Assembly (NCBI GenBank): GCA_030390025.1
Contig: CM059432.1
Span: 110,982,001 to 111,046,000 of the forward strand
From: Squalus acanthias
Lineage: Eukaryota
Length of the DNA: 64,000 bases
Direction: 5' to 3'
Positions 50,205 to 62,759 of the stretch are shown here, one piece after another; position 1 is the first letter of the stretch, and every line of letters starts with the position of its first letter. The translations under genes were made by a program, and so were the position numbers. The notes beneath the pieces were generated by a model. That model did not search any database, was not told where the DNA came from, and saw nothing but the letters and a program-made list of their open reading frames with translations.

Positions 50205-50417
50205 AAAGTGAGAAGTCGCACAACACCAGGTTATAGTCCAACAGTTTTATTTGAAATCACAAGCTTTCGGAGCGCTGCTCCTTCGTCAGGTGAAGTAAAG
50301 GAATACGAATCGGCAAAGCATATATAGACAGAGAACAATGCCTGTGTAGCGTACAATGTCAGACGACTACATTTTATCTTTCTGTCCACCCCAGTCCAAC
50401 ACCGGCATCTCCGCATC
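50205..50417. mobile_element. Penelope-like insertion with inverted terminal segment
   Basis: Absent from copy B. Flanked by ACAGG(A/G)TTTACA repeats (50193-50204, 50418-50429). Confidence 0.75.
50257..50293 (-). ncRNA. Minimal type I hammerhead ribozyme motif
   Basis: Minus strand: UCAC-CUGACGA-AGGAGC AGC GCUCC-GAAA-GC-UU-GUGA. Same topology as 37558-37594 with different helix sequences. Confidence 0.72.
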
Positions 50418-51711
50418 ACAGGGTTTACAGGCAGAGGGTCAGCTTCCTCAACATGACTGAGCAGCAGTGCCAAAGGAGGCTGAGACTTTCTCGAGAGGTA
50501 GTCGCTGACATCTGCACAATGCTGCACCAACACCTGGAGCCCAGAGGAGCAGGTGGACACCCCTTACCAGTGGCTGTCAAAGTCACCACCGCCCACAATT
50601 CTTTTGCTTCAGGGTCCTTCCAGGGATCATCAGCAGACATCAGCGGCATCTCCCAGTCGACCACACACACTTGCATCACGCAGGTTACTGATGCCCTCTT
50701 TGCAAAGGCGCACAATTACATCCACTTCTCCACGGATGAAGCAAGTGTAACCGCGCGTGTGGTTGGCTTTGCAAATATGGCAGGCTTGCCAAGCGTGCAG
50801 GGCATCGTAGACTGCACACATGTGGCCCTTAGCGCACTCCATCACAACCCAGCCATATTTGTCAACTGCACGGGCTTCCACTCCCTTAATGTCCAGCTGG
50901 TTTGTAACCACAGGAAAACCATTATGCATGTTTGCGCCAAGTTCCCTGGCAGTTGCCATGACTCATTCATCCTGCGGCAGCCTACTGTGCCTCAGCTCTT
51001 CAATCCGCCAACCCAACTTTCTGGATGGCTAATTGGAGACAAGAGCTATCCCCTGAAGACATGGCTAATGATGCTGTTGAGGAGGCCATCAAATGAAGCT
51101 GAGGAGCGCTACAATGCCAGCCACATTTCCACCAGAGCCATCATCGAGCAAACCATCAGCTTGCTCAAAATGCGATTCAGATGCTTCGACAGATCAGGTG
51201 GAGCCCTACATACTCACCAGCCAGGGTCTCCAGAATCATCGTGGTCTGCTGTGCACTGCACAACATCACACAGCAGCGTGGCTTACTGCTGCCTGAGTAA
51301 CAAGTGGCTCAACGCACAGCCTCCTCCTCCTCAGAGGAGGAGGAGGAGGTAGACCTTGCGGAGGCAGATGTGCCAGTTCCACCAGCACGCAAGCACATTG
51401 CTGGCCGTGATGCAAGGGATGCACTAATCCATGCCAAATTTGCTTTAAGTTTACGATGCAAACACATGTGGCTGCCACCTTCTTAACACACCATACACAA
51501 TCTGTACAATGAACTGTGGGTTCCTATCACTCTCACCACCATCATTACAGATGAAAGGCACCCTGACACCTCACTGTGACACTTCCATTTCTGGGCACAC
51601 ATAGGCCAACTCTTTGAATGTTTCCCATTGCATTTCTTTATTACAATTGAAATGCCGATCATAATCCTAAATATGTATTACATCAAAACACCCAAGAGAC
51701 TACCCTTGTGA

Positions 51712-53625
51712 CTATTTGTGTGTTAACTTTCTCTTACACGTGCTTCTACGTGGTGCTTCCCCTGTGGCTTCAGCAGATGTGGAGGCACCTTGCTCACTTT
51801 CATGCTGCTCCTGCTTCGACACCTTTGGCGGGCGTTCTCTGGGTTTGGGAGCCTGGGAGGGCTCGGCAACTGTCTGCTCCTCCTGTGGCTGTGCAGGGGC
51901 TGAGACGACCATCTCAGTTGGGTAAGGAATCTGGAGTTCTGACCGAGGGCTCCGCAGTGGCATGGGAGTGTGAGCGCTTGGAGAGGAGCCCACACTTCCT
52001 TGTTGTCGACCACCAACATCCCTCTCATGGGTCACCCGCACTTCAGTGCTAGCAAGTGGCTGGAGAGTGCCTTGCTGCACATCAGTGGGGCCATGAGGAC
52101 CCGTCTCTGTACTGACAGTCCTCATAACGGGGACGTCCATGTACCTCTGGTGTCTCTCCTCAATAGATGCCCATCTATCCTCCATAGCAGACCATCTATT
52201 TAGAAGAGGCACCATGATCCGTTGAGTCCGGCGACTTTTGTCCTCCAAGGAGGTTGCCACCCTTTCCATGGTGGCACATTCATGTGCCATTGCCTCCACC
52301 ATGGCATTGCTTCTGTTTAAGATGGACTCCTCCATTCTCTGCACACTCGCAGTTACCGTGGATGCAAAACCTGTCAGAGACTCCTGCACTTGTTGCTGAA
52401 GTTCCAGCACCGCTCTCTTTCTGGATGGCCCCAGAGGCACAGGGTCCACATGCAGCTGAGCAGAGCTAGGAGCACACTGCGGCCTCCGACGAGGACTCTC
52501 CACTGCTGTCCCTGTCTCCACCATCTGCTGATGCTCACTTGTGAGCTGTGATACACCAGGTGATAACACTACTCTATCTCGCGAATGACCCACCGAGGTG
52601 TGCGTCTCTGTGCTGGTGCTGGGTGCGCTCAATTCTACTGACACTGCGCCCTCAGAGGTTGCAGCTTCCTCTGAGGAGTCTCCCGGCTCTTCCTCCTGGA
52701 CAGTGGGGAGGGGGGCTCTCGATGGTCCTGTGGGGGAGTAAAGGCATGAGTTAGACATGTGATATTAACGTAGCAGGCATATCGAATTGTGCAGATGATC
52801 AGAACTCAATCTGTATGAGCATCAGATGCCATATCAGTCACTCATGCAATGTAACTGAGAGGGCTGCAAATCTATTCTGTCACCAGCTTGCTCTGCTACG
52901 CCAATCTGACTGTCCCCCACTTCCAGATCCTCAGCACCTCCGACGATGTCGAGAGCAGCCTCCTCAGAGGTGGTAAGTGGGCAATCAAAGATGGCCCTCA
53001 TCCTGTCATGCCTCTCTCCCTCTTGTTGTGGGCTCTCTTTTCCTGCAATGAGGGACACAAGTGGAGTTGGAGTGAGAATGTTGGAGTGAGTGTAGAGAAT
53101 CCATAGCATAGATGCTTAGAGGGAGACAAAGATGGAGTAAGGTGCCAATACCAAGGGCCCTCCCTGTGTGTTGTTAGTTGTTGTCATTGCATAACAGTGA
53201 TAGCGAGTGTGAGGGGTGCATAGTCGAATAGTGAAGTGATTCTGTAGATAGAGAGAGAGGGATGGTTAAGGGTACAAGGGATGTAAGGGTAAAGTGGGAT
53301 GTGCAGGAGTAGGTTGACAATGCAGAGTGCTGGTGATGAGAGGAGATGGGGAGCAGATTTAAGGTAAGTGTGATGTTATACTCACTTTTGCTGTGTGTAG
53401 CGGGTCATTGAACCTTTTCCTGCACTGGACCCAGGAGCGAGCACACAAAGACCTGGTGCTCACCTCCTCAGCAATTTGCAGCCAGGTTGCTTTGGTTTGC
53501 TGAGGAGGCTTCCTCCGTCCGTTTGAGGGGAACAGTACCTCCTGGCGCCCTCTCACTCCCTCCACAAGAGCATGGAGGGAGTCATCATCAAATCTGGGAG
53601 ATGCCTTGGGTCTTGCAGCAGTCAT
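51712..53625 (-). pseudogene. Myb/SANT-like accessory gene of copy D; exons 53625-53386, 53042-52884, 52727-51712
   Basis: Exon 1 MTAARPKASPRFDDDSL...WVQCRKRFND is open. Exon 2 has a TGA and a frameshift. Exon 3 is fully open. Confidence 0.87.
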
Positions 53626-54639
53626 TTTCAGAAGTACCACACCGAGAAGCAGCAGGAAAGGATGGATCAAAAACAAGGCTGCATGGGCCCTTTAAATGCA
53701 GCTGGCTGAGAGACGTCAGCAGAGGCGAGCAGCAGACCCGAGCCCACTGATTGGGCCGGGTAGCACGCATAAATCTTAATTCCAGGGTGGCTGAAACCGG
53801 CAGCGGGACCGGAACCCGCTGAACATCAAAGCCGCCTCCAACCCGCCTCCACTCGGAAAATCGTGGCCAAAAGGAGAAAAGCTTCGGAGCGCGTTAAACT
53901 CGACATCCTTTGTGGTGAGACGGAAGGTAGCAAACAGAGGACAGATCACTTGGAGTCAGGTGGAGAAAGATCAGAGGGTGCGGAAACTTGACAAACAGGC
54001 ACCTGAGACAGACTGAGGCTGAACTGCAATTGGAGTCGGGCCATTTGTGTGATGATGGTTGTTTGCCCAGTGTGTGTGAAACTACCTTTTGAAAGCCATA
54101 TGAAAAGTACAAGAAATACATTTTGTAGCCTGATACTTCCCCAGTAACACAGCAGAGTTCAGGAGCATAGTGGAGTGGAGGAATTAAGACCGTGCCCCAC
54201 CCCTCCATGTTTTATTTGGTCAAACTGGTTTCAACAAAATTGCTTATTATGTACAGTAGCTGAAGTTTTTATTAAAGAGTTAAAATACTAAATGTTTATT
54301 GTTTTCATTGAATTATTTACTGTTAGCTGGAAGAGGCAACACGGATATCTTCCTCAGGGTTTTTTTAAAACTATAATTGTGTATGGTTTACACAGGCCTC
54401 CTGCTAATTCCCTTGCAATATTTTTGATGATATTTCAAGCAGCCTAATTCAGAAGTTTTTAAAACAATTACTAGCAAACACCACAAAGAAATAACCACAC
54501 TCAAAATTTGCTGGATTTAGTGTAATTTCTGATCTATTTGGAATAATTCCTAAATTAACAGTTTGATGTTGCTATACTCAGCGAGCAGATATATTCTTGC
54601 CTGAAAGTCCAAGTTATGAAGAGAATTGCAGAACTGAAC

Positions 54640-54890
54640 CTGATTTCAGCAAATAAGATTGAGAGGAGATGAGACGTGCTGAGAGGAATGAATAATGTAA
54701 ATTTAAGCAGGTCATTTTACTTAAACAGTGATTGCAGGACTGGAGGGCATGAGCATAAAATGAACAAGCCTGAAGTGCGACTAGAAATTCAAATGAATTC
54801 TTCCTCATATAGTACAGTGGATATATACTCTGATCAAAGGCTGTTCATGTTATGTTGAATTAACTTCTTGAAAGAAAACTGAGTGAATAT
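54640..54890 (+). mobile_element. Very old CR1 3' fragment
   Basis: Degenerate RTGGHEHK...FF pattern. Confidence 0.45.
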
Positions 54891-55117
54891 TTGGTTAAGA
54901 ACAGGACTTCTCTGCTGCCCATTTGCCACCCGGTCCCCTTGCTCTGCTGCTCCTCTTCCTCTTCCTTTTCTCCACTCCAATAAAGTGCAGCTAGAGCAGC
55001 ACCCAGAATCAACTTCTCCTTTTCCAAGTCGAGGGTATCAAAGTCACAGTCCCAATAAATCCATTCTCACAAAACCGTAGCCCACAATGAACTGGGGAAG
55101 CTCCTGTGAGTATAGAA

Positions 55118-55460
55118 GCTGAATTTAAATCGGGCCTGCTTAACTTTAACTACATTAATAAAGCTGCGACCAATCCCGCCACCCTTCCCCTGGTGAACTT
55201 GCCGACCCGTAGGAACCCCGTGCTGCAGCAGTTAAAGTCATATTGGGATCCGATTTAAAGATGTTGATGAGCCTCCTGCCTCTCCATGGCGGGGCATTTG
55301 TCGGCCCTGATAATTGCCACCGTTAACATCGTGGAGGTCGGGAACGCCACTTCGCCCCGAAGTGTCCTTGAACGCTCAGGATTTCTCAATTCAAAGTCAA
55401 TTAGGGTTACATACAAACATACGAAAAATTATATTTTTGGACCTAATCCAATTTCACCCC
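55118..55460. mobile_element. Possible short decayed TIR element
   Basis: GCTGAATTT...AATTTCACCCCC ends and CCCGCC motifs. Confidence 0.35.
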
Positions 55461-55528
55461 CAAGGAGTGTTATGAGTTAAAATGTGTGATAAAAATAACA
55501 TCAGGGCATAAAGGCAGGACAGACCTAG

Positions 55529-56269
55529 TGGGCTGGATTTTCAATGACCTGTGGAGTCGGGTTTGGAGGCGTGTGAGGGGTTAAAGTTGCAGGGTCGGGG
55601 GGTCCCGACCCCATCCCGCCTCCACACAATTTTGACAAAATCAGTCGCGGGGTTCCCGACTCCGTCCCGCCTCCAAGAGGCGGGAGAGGCCATTAAAGCC
55701 CTTAACAAGCCCTAAATTGGCTCTGTAATGCCATTTTGAAACATTTTAGCTAGTTTAACCCTTTTCTGACGTGAAACACGCCTGATGTGAAACACGCCAG
55801 TTAAACCTGGTGGGAGCACAAGTGGATAGCTGACTATCAGCTGCAGGTCCACTATTACAACGGAGATGTGATGAAGGTAGTCGTTGTATTAGGTCTGAAA
55901 GTCGCCTCTGATGCTGCAGCATTGTCTTCAGAGACTGCCTGGCCTTGCTGTGAGAGGCCATAGATGGAAAAATGCTCTCTCTCTCTCTCTCTCTCTCTCT
56001 CCACCTGCTGCTCATCCAGGTCCTCTCACAGCAAAGGCCAGGCAATCTCTGAGACCAGGCAGGCAGTCTCTGACCTGCAATGATGACATCATCAGAGGCG
56101 ACTTTCAGACTGAAACCACTAATTGGTTCATGGGTTCCCACATGCTAGAACTCAATTACCCAATTAAGTTAAAATTGCATCATTCATCCACATTAATCTG
56201 GAGTCGGGGGGGCAACACGAAATGTGGCTAACACGACCCCAACCCGACCCCAAGACAAAATTCAGCCCA
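55529..56269. mobile_element. Non-autonomous Harbinger-type element related to the ends of copies B/D
   Basis: TGGGCTGGATTTT / AAAATTCAGCCCA ends with TAG on both sides. 55660-55740 aligns with the transposase-side subterminal region of B. Confidence 0.85.
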
Positions 56270-56274
56270 TAGAG

Positions 56275-57905
56275 TGCTATACACACATGCATGCAGCATA
56301 AGAAATAAAACAAGTGAATTAGAAGCACAAATTCAGCTTAAAGGGTATGACATAGTGGCCATCACTGAAACCGGGTTACAAACTGGGCATGACTGGGAGA
56401 TTAATATTCCAGGTTATAAGGTCTTTAGAAAGGAAATTGGAAAAGGAGGAGCAGCAATACTGATAAAGGACACCAGTACAGCATTAGAAAGAGGGGATCT
56501 CAATAACGTTGAGAAGGGAGTAGAAACTCTCTGGGTAGAATTGAGGAATAGAAATGGATTTGATAGAGGTGTTCAAAATCATGAAGATTTTGATAGAATA
56601 AATAAGGAGAAACTGTTTCCAGTGGCAGAAGGGTCGATAACCAGAGGACACAGATGGTTGGCAAAAGAACCAGAGGCAACATGAGGAAACATCTTTTTAC
56701 ACAGCGAGTTGTTGTGATCTGGAATGCGCTGCCTGACAGGGTAGTGGAAGCAGATTCAATAGTAACATTCAAAAGGGAATTGGATAAACACTTGAAAAAA
56801 TTTATAGGGCTATGGGGAAAGAGCGGGGAAATGGGAGTAATTGGATAGGCACAGGCACGATAGGCCGAATGGCCTCCTTCTGTGCTGCATCATTCTATGA
56901 TTCTATAATGCAAGACTTTGATGGAAGTTGTTTACAGACCTCCAGATAGCAGTGATGAAGTAGCAGGATACATAAACGTGGAGATCAGAGAATCTTGTTG
57001 CAAAAACAGAGTGGTTATAATGGAAGACTTCAATTTTCACACAGACTGGGGGAAGCAGAACAACTCGTCTCCCAAAGGCAGTAAGTTTCTTGAGCGTATT
57101 CGGGACAATTTTCTGGAAAAATATGTCCTTGAACCAACAAGAGAACAGGCCGTCTTAGATTCAGTAATGAGTAATGAGCCTGAATTAGTCAATAATCTAA
57201 CGGTAAGGGAACACTGAGCTAACAGTGACCATAATGTAATAGAATTCAATATTAGGTTTGAGAGGGCGAGGGGCGAGTCAGATTCTAAGGTTTTAAACTG
57301 GGGGCAAGGTGGACTTTGGTGGGATGAGGCAGAAATTAACCACAGTAGACTAGGCAGAACTATTAATGGATAAAACTACAGATCAACAGTGGGAGGTGTT
57401 CAAAGAAGTATTTGGTGGAATACAAGACCTGTACATACCCCTAATGAGCTCTACTTGTGTAATTAAACAACCTTGGTCAATCTTGAGGAATAGTATAAAG
57501 CTATAAGAAAGGGCATATACAAAGGCAAAGAACAGTAGAGATCCTGAAGACTGGGAGAGATATAAAGAACAGCAAAGGGATACTAAGAAAGTGGTAAGAG
57601 CTGCAAAACGGGAATACTGAAAAGCTTGTGTGGGTTATCAAGGACAACACTAAAGGTTTTTACAAATATATTAAGAGAAAGAGGCTGGCTAAGAGTAATG
57701 TGGGCCTCTTAATGACAGACGCAGCTGATATTGTAATTGGAAATCACAATAACTACTTTGTATCGGTCTTCACAGTGGAGGATGAGGATAAAGTACCAGA
57801 GATACAAGGAAAACTAAAAATAAATTGTGGGGAGAAATTAACTAGATTCAATATAAGTTAAAAAGTGGTGATGGAGAAACTAATGAGATGAAAGATCGAC
57901 AAATC
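56275..57905 (+). mobile_element. CR1 LINE ORF2 5' part (APE endonuclease), decayed
   Basis: YTHACSIRNK..YDIVAITETGL, VVYRPP, MEDFNF, PTREQAVLD, SDHN. Confidence 0.9.
56560..56906 (+). mobile_element. CR1 3' end nested in the preceding CR1 endonuclease
   Basis: Interrupts WVELRN|...VVYRPP and ends in ATTCTATGATTCTAT. Confidence 0.85.
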
Positions 57906-58182
57906 TGTTCCTATATTCCTAAAACCCCTCATAATTTGAGTATCTCTATCAAATCTCCTCTTAACTCTGCTCTAAGGAGAACACTCTCAGGTTCTCCAGT
58001 CTCTCCGTATAACTGAAGTCCCTCATCCCTGGTACCATTCTAGTAAATCTCCTCTGCACCCTCTCCAAGGCCTTGACATCCTTCCTAAAGTGTGATGCCC
58101 AGAATTGGACACAATACTCCAGCTGAGGCCTAACCAGTGTTTTATAAAGGTTTAACAAAACTTCCTTACTTTTGTACTCTAT

Positions 58183-59027
58183 GGGCTGGATTTTCAATGA
58201 CCCGTGGAGTCGGGTTTGGAGGCGTGTGGGGGGTTAAAGTTGCAGATTCGGGGGTCCCGACCCCATCCCACCTCCAACCCGCCTCCATGCCAGTTTCGCT
58301 GGCGGCGGGTACCCGACCTGTGCTGAGACCCGACTCCCCGAGGCGGGAAGGGATTAGTGACAATTAACTGCCTGTTAACAGGTAGTTAACAGGCAGTTTT
58401 TTGGATAATCCCTATTTTCAAAGGTGAAATGTGGGCTTCCCGACAGGTGGCAACCACGCCAAGTTATCGGGGCGCACCGTGGGTCTGCAGGGGTTGGAGG
58501 GGTCGATATGTCCGGTGGGCAGGTGAGTGATGGGTGCATGTGTGCAGAGGTAAGTGTGTAAGGTAAATGCTAAGTGTGGGAAAAAGTTTTACTTACCTTA
58601 ACTTCCTCCTGCAGGTGTCAGCCCTTCAATTCTCGGGAGTCAGAAATCTCACCGGCACAGAAAGCAGAAAAGCCGTGGTCCTGTCAAAAACTGCAGCCTT
58701 CTGTTTTCTGTGCTGGAATGATTTCTAACTCAGCCTGAGAGGAAGGACTGAAGTCAGAAATCATATTGTGAGTGTTTGACAGCTTCACAGAGCTGTCAAA
58801 CGCTGATATTTCATCTGTCAAAAGCTCTTGACAGATGAAATGTCAATCTGTGACATCACCTGTTGCCGGGTGGCCCTTAATTGGCCTGCTGAGCCCACTG
58901 GGCGGGCTCAACAAGGTCAATACAAGGGAAAATACAGTGGGTTGGCCACATCTCGATGGAGGCGGGTTTACAAGCCAGAATGTGGGATTCACGACACCAA
59001 CCCGACCTGAGTATCAAAATCCAGCCC
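58183..59027. mobile_element. Non-autonomous TIR element inserted in CR1 RT
   Basis: GGGCTGGATTTT / AAAATCCAGCCC ends with AT(G) duplication. The first ~85 bp match 55530 onward. Hairpin-rich interior. Confidence 0.85.
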
Positions 59028-60032
59028 ATGTCTCTATTTATAAAGCCAAGGATCCCGTATGCTTTTTTAACAACCTTCTCAACTTGTCCTGCCACCTTCA
59101 AACAATTGTGTACATACACCCCCAGGTCTCTCTGTTCCTGCACCCCCTTTAAGATGGCACTATTTTGTTTATATTACCTCTCCACATTCTTCCTTCCAAA
59201 ATGCATCTCTTCTCACATTTCTCTGCATTAACTATCATCTGCCATGTGTCTGCCCATTTCACCAGTCTGTTTACTACATTTCCGAGTTTTGTGTCATCTG
59301 CAAACTTTGAAATTATACCCTGTGTAACTCAGTCCAGGTCATTAATGTATATCAAAAAGAGCAGTGGTCCTAATACCGACCCCTGTGGGACACCACTGTG
59401 TACTTCCATCCAGTCTGAAAACAACTGTTCACCATTACTCTCTGCTTTCTGTCTCTTAGCCAATTTCATAACCACGCTGCCACTGCCCCTTTAATCTCAT
59501 GGGCTCCAATTCTGCTAACAGGTCTATTATGTAGTATTTTATCAAACGCCTTTTGGAAGTTCATATACACAACATCTACTGCACTGCCTTCATCAACCCT
59601 TTCCGTTACTACATCAAAGAACTCAATCAAGTTTGTCAGACACCATTTGCCTTTAACAAATCCGTGCTCACTGTCATTTATGTGTACAAAAATAACAATT
59701 AATTTTGTTCAGGATTATTGTCTCTAAATGTTTCCCCACCACCAACGTTAGGTTGACTGGCCTGTAGTTGCCAGGTTTATCCCTCTCCCCATTTTTTAAA
59801 CAGGGGTGTAACATTGTCAACCCTCCAGTCCTCTGGCCCCACTCCCATATCCAAGGAGGATTGGAAGATTGTGGCCAGAGCCTCCACTTTTTTTACCCTT
59901 CCATCAGCAACCTAGGATGCATCCTGGGTGACTTTTCTACTTTGAGTGCTGTCAGTCGTTTAAGTACCTCCTCTTTATTTTTACCCTATCTAATTTCTCT
60001 ACTACCTCCTCCTTTTCTGTGACATTGACAGC

Positions 60033-60688
60033 ATAGAATCATAGAAACTTACAGCACAGAAGGAGGCCATTCAGCCCATCTTGCCTGTGCTGGCTCTTTG
60101 AAAGAGCAGTCGTGCTTAGTCCCACATCCCCCGCTTTTTGTCCATAACCCTGTAAGTTCCTCATCCTCAAGAACCTGCCCAACTCCCTTTAAAATTATTT
60201 ATGGAATCAGCTTCCACCATCTTTTCAGGTAGAGTGTTCCAGATCCCGACAACTCTCTGAGTGAAAACATTTCTCCTCATCTACTCTCTCGATCTTTTTC
60301 CAATGATTTTAAATCTATGACCTCTGGTTATTGACCCACTCGCCAGAGGGAATAGGTTTTCTCTATCTGCTCTGTCAAAACCTCTCATCATCTTGAAAAC
60401 CTCTATTAGGTCACCTCTTAACCTTCCCTGTTCCAAGGAGAACATTCCGAACTTTTCCAACCTCTCCTCATAACTGAAGTCCCTCATCCCTGGTAACATC
60501 CTGGTAAACCTCCTCTGTACCCTTTCTAAGGTCTTTACATCTTTCCTGAAGTGTGGTGCCCAGAATTGTCCACAATACTCCAGCTGAGGCCGAACCAGTA
60601 ATTTATAAAGTTCGAGCATGATCTCCTGGCTTTTATATTCTATGCCTCTGTTTATAAACCCAAGTAACCCATATGCTTTTTTAACCTT
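60033..60688 (-). mobile_element. Younger CR1 3' portion nested in the long CR1
   Basis: VKKAYGLLGFINRGIEYK...RPQLEYCGQFW, followed by a 3'UTR and (TTCTATGA) tail. Confidence 0.88.
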
Positions 60689-61120
60689 TTCTTTAGTGAA
60701 GACAGATGCAAAGTATTCACTTAGTACCTCAGCCATGCCCTCTGCCTCCACAAGAAGATCTCCTTTTTGGTCCCTAATTGGCCCCAGCCTTCCTTTGACT
60801 ACCTTTTACTATTTACATGTATATAAAAAGACTTTAGTGTGCCCTTTTATGTTAGCTGCTAATCTTCTTTCATTCATTCTCTTTGCCCCTCTTATTTTAT
60901 TTTTCAGTTCTTCGCTGCACGTTCTGTATTCTGTTTGATTCTCTACTATATTATGAATCGGTCATTTATCATAAGCCTCCTTTTTCTGTTTCATTTCATT
61001 TCGATATCTTTAGTCATCCAGGGAGCTCTAGCTTTGGATGCCCTTCCTTTGCCCCTCATAGGAATGTGTCTACTCTGTACCCGAACCATCTCCTCCTTAA
61101 GGCCTCCCATTGCTCATATA

Positions 61121-62759
61121 GGGGGAGAAATTCAGTATCGCCCCATTTGGGGTGCAATTATCGGCCGGGCGCAAAGATTAGCGCCTGGCGCTAATTTTCG
61201 CCACCGACTGCAAACTTGACTTTTATCGCCCCTGGAGGTGATTGCAGCGCTAAATCAGGCGCTTCACACCTGTCTTAAGGCGCAAAGGCCGAGGAGCGAG
61301 GCGCTACCTCAGAGCGCTGGCGAAGCTCATGTGATGTCAGTCAGCAATGGAACACACACACAATGGCACGGGCCAGTTCTTAAAGGGGATGGTTAATCTT
61401 GCTTTCCATCCACATCCTGCTCATTGCAGCCTTGAATCTCGGCCTGGAGAGACCTGCACATCAAATCTGCTGGAAAGAACAATGGAGAGTACCAGGCAAA
61501 GAGCTCAGAGTGCAGCCCCCACAGTCTCTTCTAAATCGATACAAGGAATGGCAAATCAAAATGAACCTGCAAAGTGCTGCTCAGTACCCAAAACTCCTTC
61601 ACACAACGTTGAATCTCTCCAGAAGTCTCTCCCTCTCTCTCTCAGAATGTGTAGTTCAAAAATGGCACCAACAATAAAAGGCAGGAAGCGGTCACCTTTA
61701 AATAGCGCTCCCCCTTTCCCTTCATGACTGCAGAACGCTCCCCTCAACCTGTCGTTGCTAGCGTCAGGCGGTAAGGCAGGGGGCGCCACTCAATGGTCCA
61801 AAAATTCGTGAGGAAGCCTTCGTGCGAGGGTAAGGCCTTCCCGCGATCTCTCACTCCGCGTTTGCTTTTTCAGTTCCAGCTCACACGAACTTGATGTTCT
61901 GGACAGCTGCTGTGCTGGGCTTGCGTATCCCACCGGCGCAGTTAATTCGTGCGAGCTGTGGGATCACGTGACTCAGTTAGAGCCAATGGCAGCACACCAT
62001 CTTCCATTCATAACTTTCACATAAGTGCTGTGAAAGTTATGAATACTATAGCCCCCCAAAAGAACCGCTAAACCTCAATTAAATTTAAAAAAAAACCATC
62101 ACATTAATAAAATAAGTATAGTTAAATAAATTAACCATTTTAAATAAAAAATTAAATTTTTGAAAAAATTTAAAATCTTTTAAAAAGTTATAAAAATAAA
62201 CTTACCTGTCTTTAAAGTCTCTAAAAAAGATATACCTGTTAAAAAAAATTCAAAATAATACTTAATTCACTACTTACCTTGTTAAAAGTGGGTCTTACTC
62301 CTCCTTTTTTTATGTCTAGAATCTTCCGTACTTACCTGCGCGTTGAAACCACTAAGTGCACTGCATGCGCGCAGCCTGTAGCGCGCACGCGGTTCACCTA
62401 GGACCCGCCCCCTTTTCCATTCACCAAGTGCCGGTTTTCAGCGCATGCACAGTGCATGCAGAAAACCGGCAATTGGAGACAGAATACGCGAGAGTACACA
62501 GTGCGTACTCTCGCGTAGCGGGACTAATTTTTGGGCCAATATCCGCTCTGGGGCGATACCGGGGCGTTGCGCACTCGACTGACGTCATGATCTGCCGGTG
62601 CAGGAGATCGTGGCGGTAGTGTTTAGCGCCGCCGCAAAATGTCTAGTTAATTTCACGAGCGGCGCAAACTTCGCCGCGCCTGGGCGCCAGATGCTTTGCG
62701 CCCCATTAGCGCCCTCTTAAGGCGCTAACAGGAGGCGCAACCAACTGAATTTTTCCCCC
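61121..62759. mobile_element. Non-autonomous Harbinger-type element, inverted relative of 3837-4729
   Basis: GGGGGAGAAATTCAG / CTGAATTTTTCCCCC TIRs with ATA TSD. Interior closely matches the reverse complement of 4060-4700. Confidence 0.88.
61795..62537. mobile_element. TIR element nested inside 61121-62759
   Basis: GGTCCAAAAATT / AATTTTTGGGCC ends with AAT TSD. The empty site is visible in the copy at ~4050-4070. Confidence 0.85.

Larger units (their letters stand above)
50004..51448 (+). pseudogene. Harbinger transposase of copy D, disrupted
   Basis: [16 protein letters not shown] and RAIIEQTIS. Penelope insertion at ~50205-50417, frameshift near 51210 and a stop near 51298. Confidence 0.92.
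49476..53868. mobile_element. Full-length PIF/Harbinger transposon copy D
   Basis: TIRs GGCCGCGATTTTGCCG / CGGAAAATCGTGGCC; transposase (+) and Myb-like (-) genes. TSD not clear. Confidence 0.92.
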
